From a virus (lineage: Duplodnaviria; Caudoviricetes): a DNA stretch of 64,000 nt. Shown here piece by piece: positions 19,320 to 29,800 of this stretch. The notes below the pieces were generated by a model. It was not told the DNA's origin. It searched no databases and saw nothing but the letters and a program-made list of their open reading frames with translations. A program made the translations under genes and the position numbers. The stretch's first letter is position 1. Each line of letters opens with the position of its first letter. Location of the stretch: IMG/VR virus record IMGVR_UViG_3300031418_000003; one strand, given 5' to 3'.

Positions 19320-19425
19320 GTGTAAGTTCCTTTATATTTGAACTAAGGGTTTTGGTCGTTTAGACCGTCAGTGAATCGGGAGACATTGGTTGTGGTCTCC
19401 CATATATTACTACTTCAGTAATACA

Positions 19426-19833
19426 TTAATAAAACAACAGAGGTTCGCCGTTCAGCCAGTTCTGGATAGTGCCTTCAATAATCTTGGCTGTAGGTTTCTC
19501 AGTACCTTCAGGTACAAGTCCCATGTCAATATCGTACTTATTGAGAATGTAGTTACGATACCCGTTCCAGGTTCCGTCTTTCTTAACTTTGAGAACATCC
19601 CCTAATGAAAGATGGAGTAACACGTTCCGATCAATGCCTTCGCTATCACCAATACTCTCAATGCATTGGGCGACATGAAGGATATCGAGAGCCATCGCAA
19701 CATGTTTCAGGTTATAATTAATTCGCGCACCACTTGCATTATAGCGCAGCGCTTGTGCGTAATGCTTACACACTTTTTCACGCACGTCCATTGAATCGAA
19801 TTGACATTCAGGCAAGACAGGATTGTTTTGCAT
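19426..19833 (-). CDS. Hypothetical protein (possible degenerate HD fold)
   Basis: 135 aa; NLKHV...LLHLSLGDVLK. Confidence 0.55.
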   Translation of the reverse strand: MQNNPVLPECQFDSMDVREKVCKHYAQALRYNASGARINYNLKHVAMALDILHVAQCIESIGDSEGIDRNVLLHLSLGDVLKVKKDGTWNGYRNYILNKYDIDMGLVPEGTEKPTAKIIEGTIQNWLNGEPLLFY

Positions 19834-19843
19834 TGTTTATCCG

Positions 19844-20233
19844 TTAATCAAGTTTAGCATAAGGAAGGAGATCGATACCTTCCGGGACTTTGACCACCAA
19901 GTGCTTGTTGTCCAGGCACTTAACGATCACGACATCATAAGCCAAAACGTGGCGCAGTTTGATCTTTGGATCGAAAAACGCGTATTGGGGAAGGATCTGT
20001 GCATCGCCTTCTTTAACAGGACGTTTGATAACCAGATGTGTGGTCATTGGAATACGTGGATCGATTGCACCTTCTTCAACGTCACCCAGGATTTTATCCA
20101 GCCTGTCTACATTATGAGCATCGGTATCGGGATTCCCAAAAGTATGACCTACCGGAACTTCCAGCAATACACAGACGTTCTTCGGTTTCGCTAATTTGAT
20201 CAGCTCAACCACTTTACTGATTTTATCAGTCAT
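19844..20233 (-). CDS. Hypothetical protein, family C
   Basis: 129 aa; VVELIKLAKPKNVCVLL...AYDVVIV. Confidence 0.6.
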   Translation of the reverse strand: MTDKISKVVELIKLAKPKNVCVLLEVPVGHTFGNPDTDAHNVDRLDKILGDVEEGAIDPRIPMTTHLVIKRPVKEGDAQILPQYAFFDPKIKLRHVLAYDVVIVKCLDNKHLVVKVPEGIDLLPYAKLD

Positions 20234-20894
20234 TTTCCTTTCCTTGAATTTCAGGAAGCTTGCGTTCTTTAGCGAAGCTTGCTTCCCAGCGTTGTTCTAA
20301 ATAAGAATTTTCGTCGGTTACGTAACCACGCTGATACAGTTCGCGTACATTGTGAATATGGTTCATCCAACTAGCAGCCGACATATACCCGGTGTAGTGA
20401 GAAAAGAAAGGATTAGCTTGATCAATGAAATCTTCGAAAACGATTTCTTCATCCAAAGGTTTCGATAACCCCTTGATGAAATGGTTCAGTGTTGATTCAA
20501 ACGCCTCTATCCCTTCTTCTTTCAGTGAAGCAAAATGAGCATCCGTCTTTTTCCATTCACACCCCCAGCTGTAGAAAGAGGTGAACATCGCCAGCGCTTC
20601 AGGTACCGCACAACCAAACCCAAACACCAGTTGTCCTCGGACAGCAACAATGGCAAAGTCGGTCATATCAAGAATACCGGTGAAGTTCTTGATGCTCTCA
20701 TTATACCCGGCGATGTCTATGGGTGGGTATCCGTATGAGGTATTAGAATACTCGGCAATTTTGATTTTGCCATCGACGTCGAGTTCGATATACCCATTGC
20801 CAAACTCATCACGGGCTTGAGTGTGGCTTTCCTTAAATACTACATCGTCTACTTTCATTCCCTCAGGAATTTTAACATTTGCGATATCAGTCAT
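20226..20894 (-). CDS. Hypothetical protein
   Basis: 222 aa, coupled to both neighbours. Confidence 0.65.
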   Translation of the reverse strand: MTDIANVKIPEGMKVDDVVFKESHTQARDEFGNGYIELDVDGKIKIAEYSNTSYGYPPIDIAGYNESIKNFTGILDMTDFAIVAVRGQLVFGFGCAVPEALAMFTSFYSWGCEWKKTDAHFASLKEEGIEAFESTLNHFIKGLSKPLDEEIVFEDFIDQANPFFSHYTGYMSAASWMNHIHNVRELYQRGYVTDENSYLEQRWEASFAKERKLPEIQGKEND

Positions 20895-21834
20895 TCTTTT
20901 TCTCCAAATAAATGACTACTGCATTAAGGAAGTTGTTCAGTTCTTCTAAGTTGTCACCTTCAACCACAAAGTTGACTTTAGAGTTGGTACAGGAAAGATC
21001 TGAGCTGATCACCACAAACGTTCCACGATACTCTTTAATCATGGAAACATAGAGGTTGTATTTACCCAGCATCGGATGACCATCAAACAAGCGCTCTGTA
21101 TGAGCCTTAGCGCCGTTCTTTATTGCTAACTTAACTTGGTCTACGCCATGACACAGCGTGGCTAAGAAGTGTTTCCAGTTCACCCCACGGGTATGACCTT
21201 CGTTCAGGTGTAGACGAAGCTGGCCATATTGCAGAGTCAGTTCCCCGCCACGCCCATTAGTCGAGTGAATGTAACGAAGATAAGAAGGTTGCGCATCATA
21301 GCTGAAATCCCCGTGATGGGTAAGCAGCAGCATGGTGTTATTGTCAACTCCATTCTCATACTTCTCCTGAACGATGAACGGATACTGTTCGCCCTTCTCT
21401 TCGATAAAGTTCGTCAACCCGGAAATTAATCCGTCGATGAAGTCCGTTGCATTCCCCCGGTTCTTATATCGACCGCCACCATTGGCAAACCACAACTCAG
21501 TACCCGTTACCTGCACATCCCCGCACTGCAAGCGATCACCCATCTGTGTGCGGATGCCGTCACGCAGCACTCGAGGCAATAGTCCACGCAAAGAACTTGC
21601 TAACCGAGTTGCATCAGCTTTGTTAAGAAAAGGAGATGTCCGTCCGTTTCCGTAATTAAATTGCGCCAGCGGTTCATTCAGACGCGGGGCGTCAAATGTG
21701 CGAGTCGGGTAATAGCAGGTCAACAACAAAACCTGACCCGTGGTGATCACCTGAACTTTCTTTACCGAGGTCCCGTGAAAAAGATCCAGTTCATCCTCTT
21801 CAGGTTTAGTAGCGCGACGCGTTAAGGTTTCCAT
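20887..21834 (-). CDS. Hypothetical protein
   Basis: 315 aa, first gene after an early promoter, GGAG SD. Confidence 0.7.
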   Translation of the reverse strand: METLTRRATKPEEDELDLFHGTSVKKVQVITTGQVLLLTCYYPTRTFDAPRLNEPLAQFNYGNGRTSPFLNKADATRLASSLRGLLPRVLRDGIRTQMGDRLQCGDVQVTGTELWFANGGGRYKNRGNATDFIDGLISGLTNFIEEKGEQYPFIVQEKYENGVDNNTMLLLTHHGDFSYDAQPSYLRYIHSTNGRGGELTLQYGQLRLHLNEGHTRGVNWKHFLATLCHGVDQVKLAIKNGAKAHTERLFDGHPMLGKYNLYVSMIKEYRGTFVVISSDLSCTNSKVNFVVEGDNLEELNNFLNAVVIYLEKKND

Positions 21835-21872
21835 GATAACTCCAGAGATATATTCGTTTAATGTACACGATG

Positions 21873-21889
21873 ATAATATCAGCCTGAAA
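21873..21889 (-). promoter_or_regulatory. Early promoter motif copy (TTTCAGGCTGATATTAT)
   Basis: Matches the repeated motif; intergenic. Confidence 0.75.
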
Positions 21890-21931
21890 ATAAATAGACC
21901 AAGAAGGCGTTACCCTTCTCAGTCAATTTAA

Positions 21932-22507
21932 TTAGTAAATGCGATATGGTTTGGTTGGGTCGGCCAGGTAATTGCGCAGGGCACCTTCAGCTTCTTCGAT
22001 CGACACGTATTCGTTCAGACCTTCGGTATCACCCAGATCGATGTCATACGTTTTCTTAACGTAAGAACGAATGTTCTCAGGCGTTGGATCAAACGCAATG
22101 GCGACGATGTCTTCAGAAAGACCGAACAGGTTGACCAGGAATGAGCGATACAGATGTTCGTGATCTTTGACTTTGTTACCGCCGATGTTCAGAATGATGG
22201 CGTCATTCTTCCAGGTGCGGGTCTTTGGATCTTGCTGTGCCAGCGGAACTAAGTCCAGACCGACAATGCTGTTGATATATTTGATTAACGCGACGGCGTA
22301 TTGAGTAACCAGTTGGAATTTGACTTTGGTTGCCGATTGCTCAATAATAGGGCAGCGTTTGTCCGGAGTATAGAGACTCAGCCAGACCTGTTCCATTTCG
22401 CGGAAAGTATTTTTCAGAGTAACACCCTGAAGCAGTAATTCGTGGACTTGAGTTGCAATGCGTAATGTACCTAAATTAAACGGAAGAGAGACTTGTTCTT
22501 GAGACAT
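21932..22507 (-). CDS. Hypothetical protein
   Basis: 191 aa, AAGGT SD. Confidence 0.7.
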   Translation of the reverse strand: MSQEQVSLPFNLGTLRIATQVHELLLQGVTLKNTFREMEQVWLSLYTPDKRCPIIEQSATKVKFQLVTQYAVALIKYINSIVGLDLVPLAQQDPKTRTWKNDAIILNIGGNKVKDHEHLYRSFLVNLFGLSEDIVAIAFDPTPENIRSYVKKTYDIDLGDTEGLNEYVSIEEAEGALRNYLADPTKPYRIY

Positions 22508-22571
22508 CGTTCTTATACCTTAGCGTGAGTTAAAATTGGTTGTCTTAGTATTGAAAAGAACATAAAAAATA

Positions 22572-22596
22572 AGTAGAGACCCCGAAGGATCTCTAC
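22572..22596 (-). terminator. Terminator hairpin with cUUCGg loop
   Basis: Minus strand AGTAGAGATCC-TTCG-GGTCTCTACT followed by TATTTTTT. Confidence 0.85.
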
Positions 22597-22603
22597 TCAC
22601 ATT

Positions 22604-23455
22604 TTAGAAGATATCGTTGAAAGCTACTTTGACCACACCCGCATCACCGGATTTGTAATTAGACTTCATTACATTCAGGACATCACGAAAATGATCCAGC
22701 GCTTCCATACCACCCACACGGATTAATGCATCCTGGTCGGTAACTTCAGTATGTAACGCCTCTTCCAGTTGTTCCAGCATGTCTTTGACAGCAAACTTAC
22801 GAATATTGTCACGCAGACCGAAATCATCCAGGAAGCTTTCACAACCTGCAGTCATATGCTTGTTAGCATGGATCATGCCAGGTTCAGAGACCCAATCATA
22901 ACCAGTCCAGTATTCCACATTCTTACGTGTCTCGCCCGGTTTAAATGGTGAGATCTGTGTACGAATAGAAACCGCGGTGTTATGACGAGGGTTTGCCAGT
23001 GATTCTTTAAATTCAGGACCACGCGGACCAAACGGTTCACAACGGATGTAGTTCCAGATCGGTGCCATGGGGTTACGTTCGTTCTCAAACTTGAACAGCA
23101 CTTCGCTGATCAACCCACAGATGTTGAGTGGGTCATAAGAACGCAGACGGTTAATCCATTGCAGTAAATCCGTCATGGGTTTGGCATACTTAATGCCATT
23201 CTCAATAACGTAGAAATACGGTTCAGGATGCTCCACTTCCATTTTGCAGTAACCCATTTTAACGCGGCGTTGCAAATCGGAGTTAGCATCAATCTGTGCA
23301 CGTACATAGTCGTTTGCCGGATAGGTAATGCCCGCATGGTTAGGCATGTTGAATCCACCTGCGTTTAACAGGTAACGACCGTCTTGGTCTGGGGGAAGAA
23401 TCCCCTTCTTACCCGTATTAGCAAGAATGATATTACCTAAGCTGATATCAGCCAT
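22604..23455 (-). CDS. Prohead maturation protease (phiKZ gp175 / SPN3US gp245-like)
   Basis: Motifs NAGGFN..N, EVEHP (His), VSIR (Ser), GYDWVSEPG (Asp); a possible self-cleavage site AGCE precedes the C-terminal region. Confidence 0.85.
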   Translation of the reverse strand: MADISLGNIILANTGKKGILPPDQDGRYLLNAGGFNMPNHAGITYPANDYVRAQIDANSDLQRRVKMGYCKMEVEHPEPYFYVIENGIKYAKPMTDLLQWINRLRSYDPLNICGLISEVLFKFENERNPMAPIWNYIRCEPFGPRGPEFKESLANPRHNTAVSIRTQISPFKPGETRKNVEYWTGYDWVSEPGMIHANKHMTAGCESFLDDFGLRDNIRKFAVKDMLEQLEEALHTEVTDQDALIRVGGMEALDHFRDVLNVMKSNYKSGDAGVVKVAFNDIF

Positions 23456-24197
23456 TGTTGTCTCCAGCAGCGGCCGGTAAGCCGCGAATAACTTCTTCCA
23501 GGTTTGTGACTTTCGTATCCGGGTTCAAGATACCTGAGATAATGTTATCACTCATATAACCAGACGCTAAACGGCTAAAGGTTGAGTTCAACAATTGTCC
23601 TGGGTTGTTGATACCGATGATACGCGGTTTAATATTCAGATCCTTGAGGGAAGGCGAGTAACGGAACGGAATGTCCAGGTTATTCGGATCACGCTGAGTC
23701 AGTGCATACAACACACGGACTGCTTGGTTACAGGTTCCCATTGATTTACCTGTGTAGAACTTGGCTTCGTCATAAACACTGAGCAAGTCATCTGCATCGA
23801 AGTACCAAGGAATACGCGCATACTTGGTGAACTCCAGGTAATAATAGTAACCGATGTTACTGTCCATAGGAACAGTCAGTGCATCAATCACCGTATCGCC
23901 CGGTTCAAAGTCCAGCATGTAATAACGATCGTTCTTGATCGTCTCTTCGTAAATATCCCCCGGCTTCAACACTACCTTGACCATCCCGCCAAAGAACGCA
24001 TAGCTGTTCTCAAAGATCACACCCAACATCAGAATCGACGTTACCGTATCAGAGATCTCAGCCAGATTACTTTGTTCGAAACGCTTAGGGAAGCACACAG
24101 TGACTTTCTTTAACGCAACCACGCTACCATTAGGCAAGACTTTGAGAGCGGTATTAACCCGCTCTCTGTCTCTTTTTAAATTGTCGTAATCCATCAA
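23448..24197 (-). CDS. Virion RNA polymerase beta-prime C-terminal fragment (SPN3US gp244-like)
   Basis: 249 aa directly upstream of the protease, as in SPN3US; ends STFSRLASGY...E. Mainly a synteny call. Confidence 0.6.
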   Translation of the reverse strand: MMDYDNLKRDRERVNTALKVLPNGSVVALKKVTVCFPKRFEQSNLAEISDTVTSILMLGVIFENSYAFFGGMVKVVLKPGDIYEETIKNDRYYMLDFEPGDTVIDALTVPMDSNIGYYYYLEFTKYARIPWYFDADDLLSVYDEAKFYTGKSMGTCNQAVRVLYALTQRDPNNLDIPFRYSPSLKDLNIKPRIIGINNPGQLLNSTFSRLASGYMSDNIISGILNPDTKVTNLEEVIRGLPAAAGDNNG

Positions 24198-25714
24198 GAC
24201 ACTTTAAGCAGACGTTTAACAATAACCTGGTCAATGGCATGAGACAGTGCTTTACGCTGCTGCTCTTTGGTTGCCGCAGGTGTCTTCGCACTGATTGTCA
24301 GAATTTCGTGAGCAATCGGACTGTCAAAGACATTTGCCAGCACCACGGCCAGATAGGTATTCATCAGCGCATTGTTACCACGCACAACCGCATCCAACAG
24401 AGGGATGTTGTTGAAGAATGCCGTCAGGTCGATGTGTTGGTTAACACGCGCCAGTGCACGCTGTGACAGTGGCAGGTTATCTTCCATGATCTCCAGTGTT
24501 GGAACGTACTCTTCTTTGGCAGCCAGAGATTCCATAACCTGAGAGAAGATACGACGTGCATTGGTGCCTTTGTTGACAACCAGAGCTGCATTAACATCAC
24601 CCTGGTATTCACGCCAGGCATTAACCACAACGTCTTTATCGGTGATGATGTCTTTCACCTGATAGTTACGGAACTTCGCGTACACAAAGCCCATGACATA
24701 TTCCGACAGTGACAACTGATCAGAATCAGCAAACATTGTCAGAATCGCATTGTTGTAACCAATGGTCAGCGGGCCCTGGATAATTGGCAGCGAACCGGTC
24801 ACACCATCACGGGTTGGTTGATACTGAAGACCGTTATCAATAATAACGATACCGGCGGAAGCACGTTGTTCCCAGATGTTCTTGAAATGCCAGAGCATCG
24901 TGGTGAACAGGTCACGTGTTACACGCAGTGAAGTACGGTATTCGTCCAGACCGATACCGGTAACACCATCAATCGGATCGTCCATTGAGGTCAGTTTGTT
25001 CAGGATCAGTGTCCCGATAACCAGGGTGCGGAAAGAACTGAAACGGTAGTTCAGCGGTGAAGAGATCTGAGCCACACCGTTACTAATCACATCCGGGTTA
25101 AAGATGCTGTAGAAGTACTTATCCACAAACAGGCCGTTATAGACCGCTTCAACTTCTGCTGAGTTAGAGAAGAAAGGTTGAAGATCAGGAACGTCCAGAC
25201 TGATCAAATCAACCAGCTCTTTACCAGACAGACGTGGGTAGCTACCCTGTAGCAGATCAGAGAGGCGAATTGATTCAATGCCCTGGAAAGAAGCCGCTGC
25301 TTCTTTAGGATAGAAGAATGAATTCAGGAAAGCTGGCTCGACGTTGATCATTTCCAGCTGAATGTTGCCCAGGATGGTTTCCACAGCAGAATCAGCAGAG
25401 ATGGCGTCACGCAGACGTTTTTCTGTTTCAACCAGAATTGGCTTGATCAGAGTAGAGATTGTGTTCAGTGAACCACGGATGGTATCGGCTACAATAGTAG
25501 AAGCCGCTTCCATGACTTCAGTGTGGTCTGGAACCACAGCAGTGTAGTCAGGCAGTTCAGTGGCGATGTTATCTTCAGTGAAGCTAACGATAGCGGCAGT
25601 GGTTTCGTTCAGACCTTTGATAATGTCAGAAGACATCTCATGCAGATTCAAACCTTTCTCGGTTGCCATCAGGGCAAGCGGAGTCGCCATCAATACAGTT
25701 TGTTGCTTAATCAT
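24194..25714 (-). CDS. Head protein, vRNAP-associated (SPN3US gp243-like)
   Basis: 506 aa; syntenic position. Confidence 0.6.
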   Translation of the reverse strand: MIKQQTVLMATPLALMATEKGLNLHEMSSDIIKGLNETTAAIVSFTEDNIATELPDYTAVVPDHTEVMEAASTIVADTIRGSLNTISTLIKPILVETEKRLRDAISADSAVETILGNIQLEMINVEPAFLNSFFYPKEAAASFQGIESIRLSDLLQGSYPRLSGKELVDLISLDVPDLQPFFSNSAEVEAVYNGLFVDKYFYSIFNPDVISNGVAQISSPLNYRFSSFRTLVIGTLILNKLTSMDDPIDGVTGIGLDEYRTSLRVTRDLFTTMLWHFKNIWEQRASAGIVIIDNGLQYQPTRDGVTGSLPIIQGPLTIGYNNAILTMFADSDQLSLSEYVMGFVYAKFRNYQVKDIITDKDVVVNAWREYQGDVNAALVVNKGTNARRIFSQVMESLAAKEEYVPTLEIMEDNLPLSQRALARVNQHIDLTAFFNNIPLLDAVVRGNNALMNTYLAVVLANVFDSPIAHEILTISAKTPAATKEQQRKALSHAIDQVIVKRLLKVS

Positions 25715-25883
25715 TCTGTACGGCTCCTTCGATTACTTCTTTAACAGCACGTGAGGTGATTTCATTCTGGGTATCCGCGTCAAGCGGTGCCTGGAACTCG
25801 TAACCAATCTTTTCTTTTACTTTGGCAGTAAACGCCATTACGTTAGAAACCGTAATGATATTATCCACAGAGAGCTTGGACAT
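25707..25883 (-). CDS. Small hypothetical protein (58 aa), missing from the ORF track
   Basis: Manual translation MSKLSVDNIITVSNVMAFTAKVKEKIGYEFQAPLDADTQNEITSRAVKEVIEGAVQND; AAGGA SD; stop overlaps the next start. Confidence 0.7.
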   Translation of the reverse strand: MSKLSVDNIITVSNVMAFTAKVKEKIGYEFQAPLDADTQNEITSRAVKEVIEGAVQND

Positions 25884-25902
25884 GAAGGTGTTCCTTTATA
25901 GG

Positions 25903-26889
25903 TTAAACAAGAGCAAATGCTTTCTTGGCAAGCGCCAGCTTCGCTACTCGGTCTGCCATCCCGTTTGGTTCAAGGTCTTTGCTTGGGTAATAAGGTTTAG
26001 CTTGTTTAGCCCAACCGTTTACATAAACAGAAACCCAATAAATGTCATCTTTATCTGCGGTAGGATTCAGCTTCGGTTTAATGTATCCCCAGAAGTACCC
26101 TGATGCCAAAGCGGAATAAAGCGGGTTGTTTGCCACTTGAGAAGCAGCCACGGCAGACGACGTAATATCGATAGACGGATCATTCAAATGCTGGCGAAGA
26201 AACGCTTCGCATTTCAAATAATTCAGACGGCCAGTAAGTTGTAACCAACCACGCCCTTTAAAAAGCTTGCCATCACCCGGTTGAGTGTTACCCAAATCCG
26301 CCCGACCTTCATAGATCGCACCGCTGGCAATCTCTTCACTGTACTGGAAAGACGCAGTTTCGTGTAAGATCTGAGCCATGAAATGGGCTTTGCGTAATCC
26401 CGAAGTGATATCAAACATTCCCATGCACATATTCAGGGGATCAATCAACGAATCGAGTTTACCCCAGTTCGCCTGAGGTAACATGGCTTTGAGTTGGTCA
26501 CGGGAAATGTGTTCAGGAACTACCGTGGCGGGTTGTAGCGGAAGCATGGTCTCTCCATTGGTCTTTTTAATCGCTTGGGAATAGAGGTGGGATAATTCGT
26601 CAAAAGCGTCTTGAGAATTTGTCCCCCACTTACCATCAATACTAATGGTATACAAACCAGCACGAGCAAGGCCAGTCTGCAGAAATGTGTAAACCGATGA
26701 GGCTTCATAAGTATTTCCAGGAAGAGATTTGGTTCCCATAGAAGGAAACGCTTTGTTCAACATTGCAATCACAGCTGTGCGACAAAGATCTCCAAAGAGG
26801 CCGTCAATACGGCCTCCATAGAGTTTGTACTTTGCCAGCGTAGTTTGAATCGATTTGATAATCTTTTCGTCTCTAGCGCTGAGTTTCAT
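25903..26889 (-). CDS. Modular endolysin: two PG-binding repeats plus GH19 lysozyme (OBPgp279-like)
   Basis: GGRIDGLFG and SIDGKWG repeats; AHFMAQILHET, GNTQPGDG, FKGRGWLQLTGRLNY motifs. Confidence 0.92.
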   Translation of the reverse strand: MKLSARDEKIIKSIQTTLAKYKLYGGRIDGLFGDLCRTAVIAMLNKAFPSMGTKSLPGNTYEASSVYTFLQTGLARAGLYTISIDGKWGTNSQDAFDELSHLYSQAIKKTNGETMLPLQPATVVPEHISRDQLKAMLPQANWGKLDSLIDPLNMCMGMFDITSGLRKAHFMAQILHETASFQYSEEIASGAIYEGRADLGNTQPGDGKLFKGRGWLQLTGRLNYLKCEAFLRQHLNDPSIDITSSAVAASQVANNPLYSALASGYFWGYIKPKLNPTADKDDIYWVSVYVNGWAKQAKPYYPSKDLEPNGMADRVAKLALAKKAFALV

Positions 26890-26890
26890 A

Positions 26891-29800
26891 TTAATACCTG
26901 CCGTATTTGGAAATCATCCGAGTGGTATAGACGTTGTTGATTTCGTTAGCAACCAACTTGTCTCGTAGACTCAGAACCATTCGGTTCAGCAGCGACTTCA
27001 GTGAGAAGATAATATCAACCGGACGACCATCCGTCGTGTAGATCGGATTCTCGTAAATAAAACCAACAGTACCTTTCATCTGATTTCCTACTACAAACTT
27101 ATCCGCAGTAGTGGTTTTGATCTTGTTGTCAATATAAATAAGGACAACCGCAGTGTCAGGGTACAGTTTGCTTTTACCAACCGAGGTGTTACCACCCACG
27201 TTACCGGTAGGAGCCGTCATCTGTTTATAGGAAGCGATCTTCCCACGTACAGCATCTTGCTTCTTGATAAAGGCCCGCAGACTTTCGTCCCAGTCTTCTG
27301 GATCACCGTTATAGACCACATCGATCTTGGTAATTCTGCCAGACTGTTTTGCCTTGATCTGTTTAATACCTAAACGGTCTAACCCAGCGAAGTCATCAAC
27401 ATCATCATAATCAAACGCTGCCGATTCAGGGTTCTGAATGTCACACAGGATTTGGTCATACTCTACCTCATCCCCGAGCTTGACGTGCAGTTTAATAGAT
27501 TGATGTTTGTCTACTGTAAACTCGTTCGGTTTAAGGAACGGTGACGTAGACGCATCAGCAAAACTCTTGACGATTCCGATGGAGTCCTCAAAGGTAAACT
27601 GATCTTCAAACAACGCAATACGGGCATTACCACCACTGAGCCACACAACACGGGTATTGTCGATTGGGTCTCGTGCAAAGAACATCTGATCAAACGCCAG
27701 AATCTCGCCTGCTTTAAATGCATACCCCACTGCACGGTCAGTGACCTTTAAGTGTTTATGGTATTCACCCGCACCTTTGCCGATTTCATATCCCAGTGGG
27801 AACTTATCGGTTGAACCGTCTTCATATTCTACTGTCATGCCGTATTCAGACACCTCGGTGACTTTACCGGCTTTCTTGGAGATAGAGGAATAGAGTTCAG
27901 AGGTACGGTACGCAAGTACAGAGTCATACGACGTACGCAGGGGGTTCATTGCGTAGTTGTCCGCTGCCATTACCTGAGACTGCTGAACACCAGAGAACAG
28001 AGTACGCTTGGTATCGTCCTTGGTTGTTCCGTACAGCAGGTTCATGACCACAGAACCGCGACCCGCATTGGTCCCTTTCTCTTTAACGTTCACGTTACCA
28101 TAAAGGTCGGTGATTTTCGCATCCGAAGTTAAGTAACCAATGAAGCCGACTTTACCGGAGTCTTTGCCCGCTTCAGAAACCACACCCGCGTAGTTAGGAA
28201 GCTGACCACGTGTACGGCGAACCATCGCACGGTCAGAACGTCCCAACGTACCACCAAAGGTATATTCCTCTTGGGACTTCACCTGGTGAACCGGGTTGAC
28301 TTCTTCTGCTGCCTGACACGAGGAGTCTGTAATAATGTTCATCATCACAGCTTCAGGGTTCAGGTCGAAGGTCTTCTTACCGTTATTCGGTTTGTTGCGG
28401 TACATACGGGTTGCTTTAACCATCTCACGATAGACGTGACCGGCAAACCGTTCATAACCCACAAAGCGCTGTTCGGTAAGTTCGATTTCGTGTTTGGCTT
28501 CATTACTGAGCATAAGCTTCACAGCTTCAATCAGCAACTTGTCCATGACAACAGGGAACTTGAACTTCTTCAGAAGACGCATCGTGATCGGATCAATGAA
28601 CATGTCAAAGATCATACTCATCTCTTTAAAGTGAGACGGTTTCACACGTGGGTCTTGCATCAAACTGAACCAGACGTTTGGATTGTCTAAATCAGAGCGA
28701 GCGAAGTTGTTCAAGCCAGTGAGTTTGCGCAGACCGGACATCACCAATGTAGCAAGCTCATCACGACGGTTTAAGATCATGCGCTCATCGGCAAAGGCGA
28801 CCATGTATTCATCGGCACTCAGTTGAGCACGTTGATCAGGATCTACCGTCCGGTATTGAACTTTCAACATCTTCATGACTTCAGACAAGCCAATCCAATA
28901 CGACAGTACAACCACCACTGGGAATTTGAAACCATTAATGTTAACAGTTGCAGTAGGAACCGGTGCTTTGGCAACGTTGAGTCCTAAGATCTCTTCGATG
29001 TATCCTTTCTCTTCTCCACCCACCGTAACCAAACCTGAGGCGTCGATTAAGATCGGGGTTTCACCCTGGAACCCAAGTATCCAACTGTCTGCAGTACACA
29101 GCTTCGCTAATTCACGTTTACCGTCAACCAATTTCACCGTATCAAAATCAAACACGAACTCTGCCGTGCTGATCTCTTTAAAGCGAGAAGCCAAGATACT
29201 GTAATAATAACAGACCTCGTCTTTAGGTGGTTTGTTACCGCCCAGGCTTACACGGATAGATTTATCCACATAAGACTTCTCAATGATTGACTTGCGCAGC
29301 CAGGAAGCGTAATCATCCACCTTCATGGTTGAACGCTCTACCATGACCTTCTTGTCGTAATAAGAGGTTAGCGACACTTTGGTTGGACTGATCTTGCGGA
29401 CCGGTAATTCCATACGCATTAACTGAGCATAGGACTTCACCCCGTTAATAGTAAAGGTGCCGTCCGGTTCTACTTTCGGAATACGCATGCGACGGGTAGA
29501 CGCGCTACCTTTAATTGGCTGGAACTTCATGGTATAGACATCATACTTAGAATCAGCCGTGATGATCGTTTCGCGATCCAGAGCAGTTAATGCAGTTTTG
29601 CCGTTCTGAACGTGTAACACCATTTCCATGATGTTGCGATCCAGTAAGCCTGAGGTGATGTATTCGGTACGCAGTTCTTCAGTACGTGAACGCAACACAG
29701 ACTTGTCCTGAATAACGATACTGTCTGGTGACAGGTCTTCGTTTTTCAGTTGCATGTTCTCAGGTTTAATGTCAGCGATCTCTTCCAGACTACGACCACC

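Noticed and set aside
19402-19409. Exact phiKZ early consensus TATATTAC on the + strand
   Set aside because: Lacks the local TnAG element and points at no + strand gene; antisense transcription cannot be excluded but has no support.
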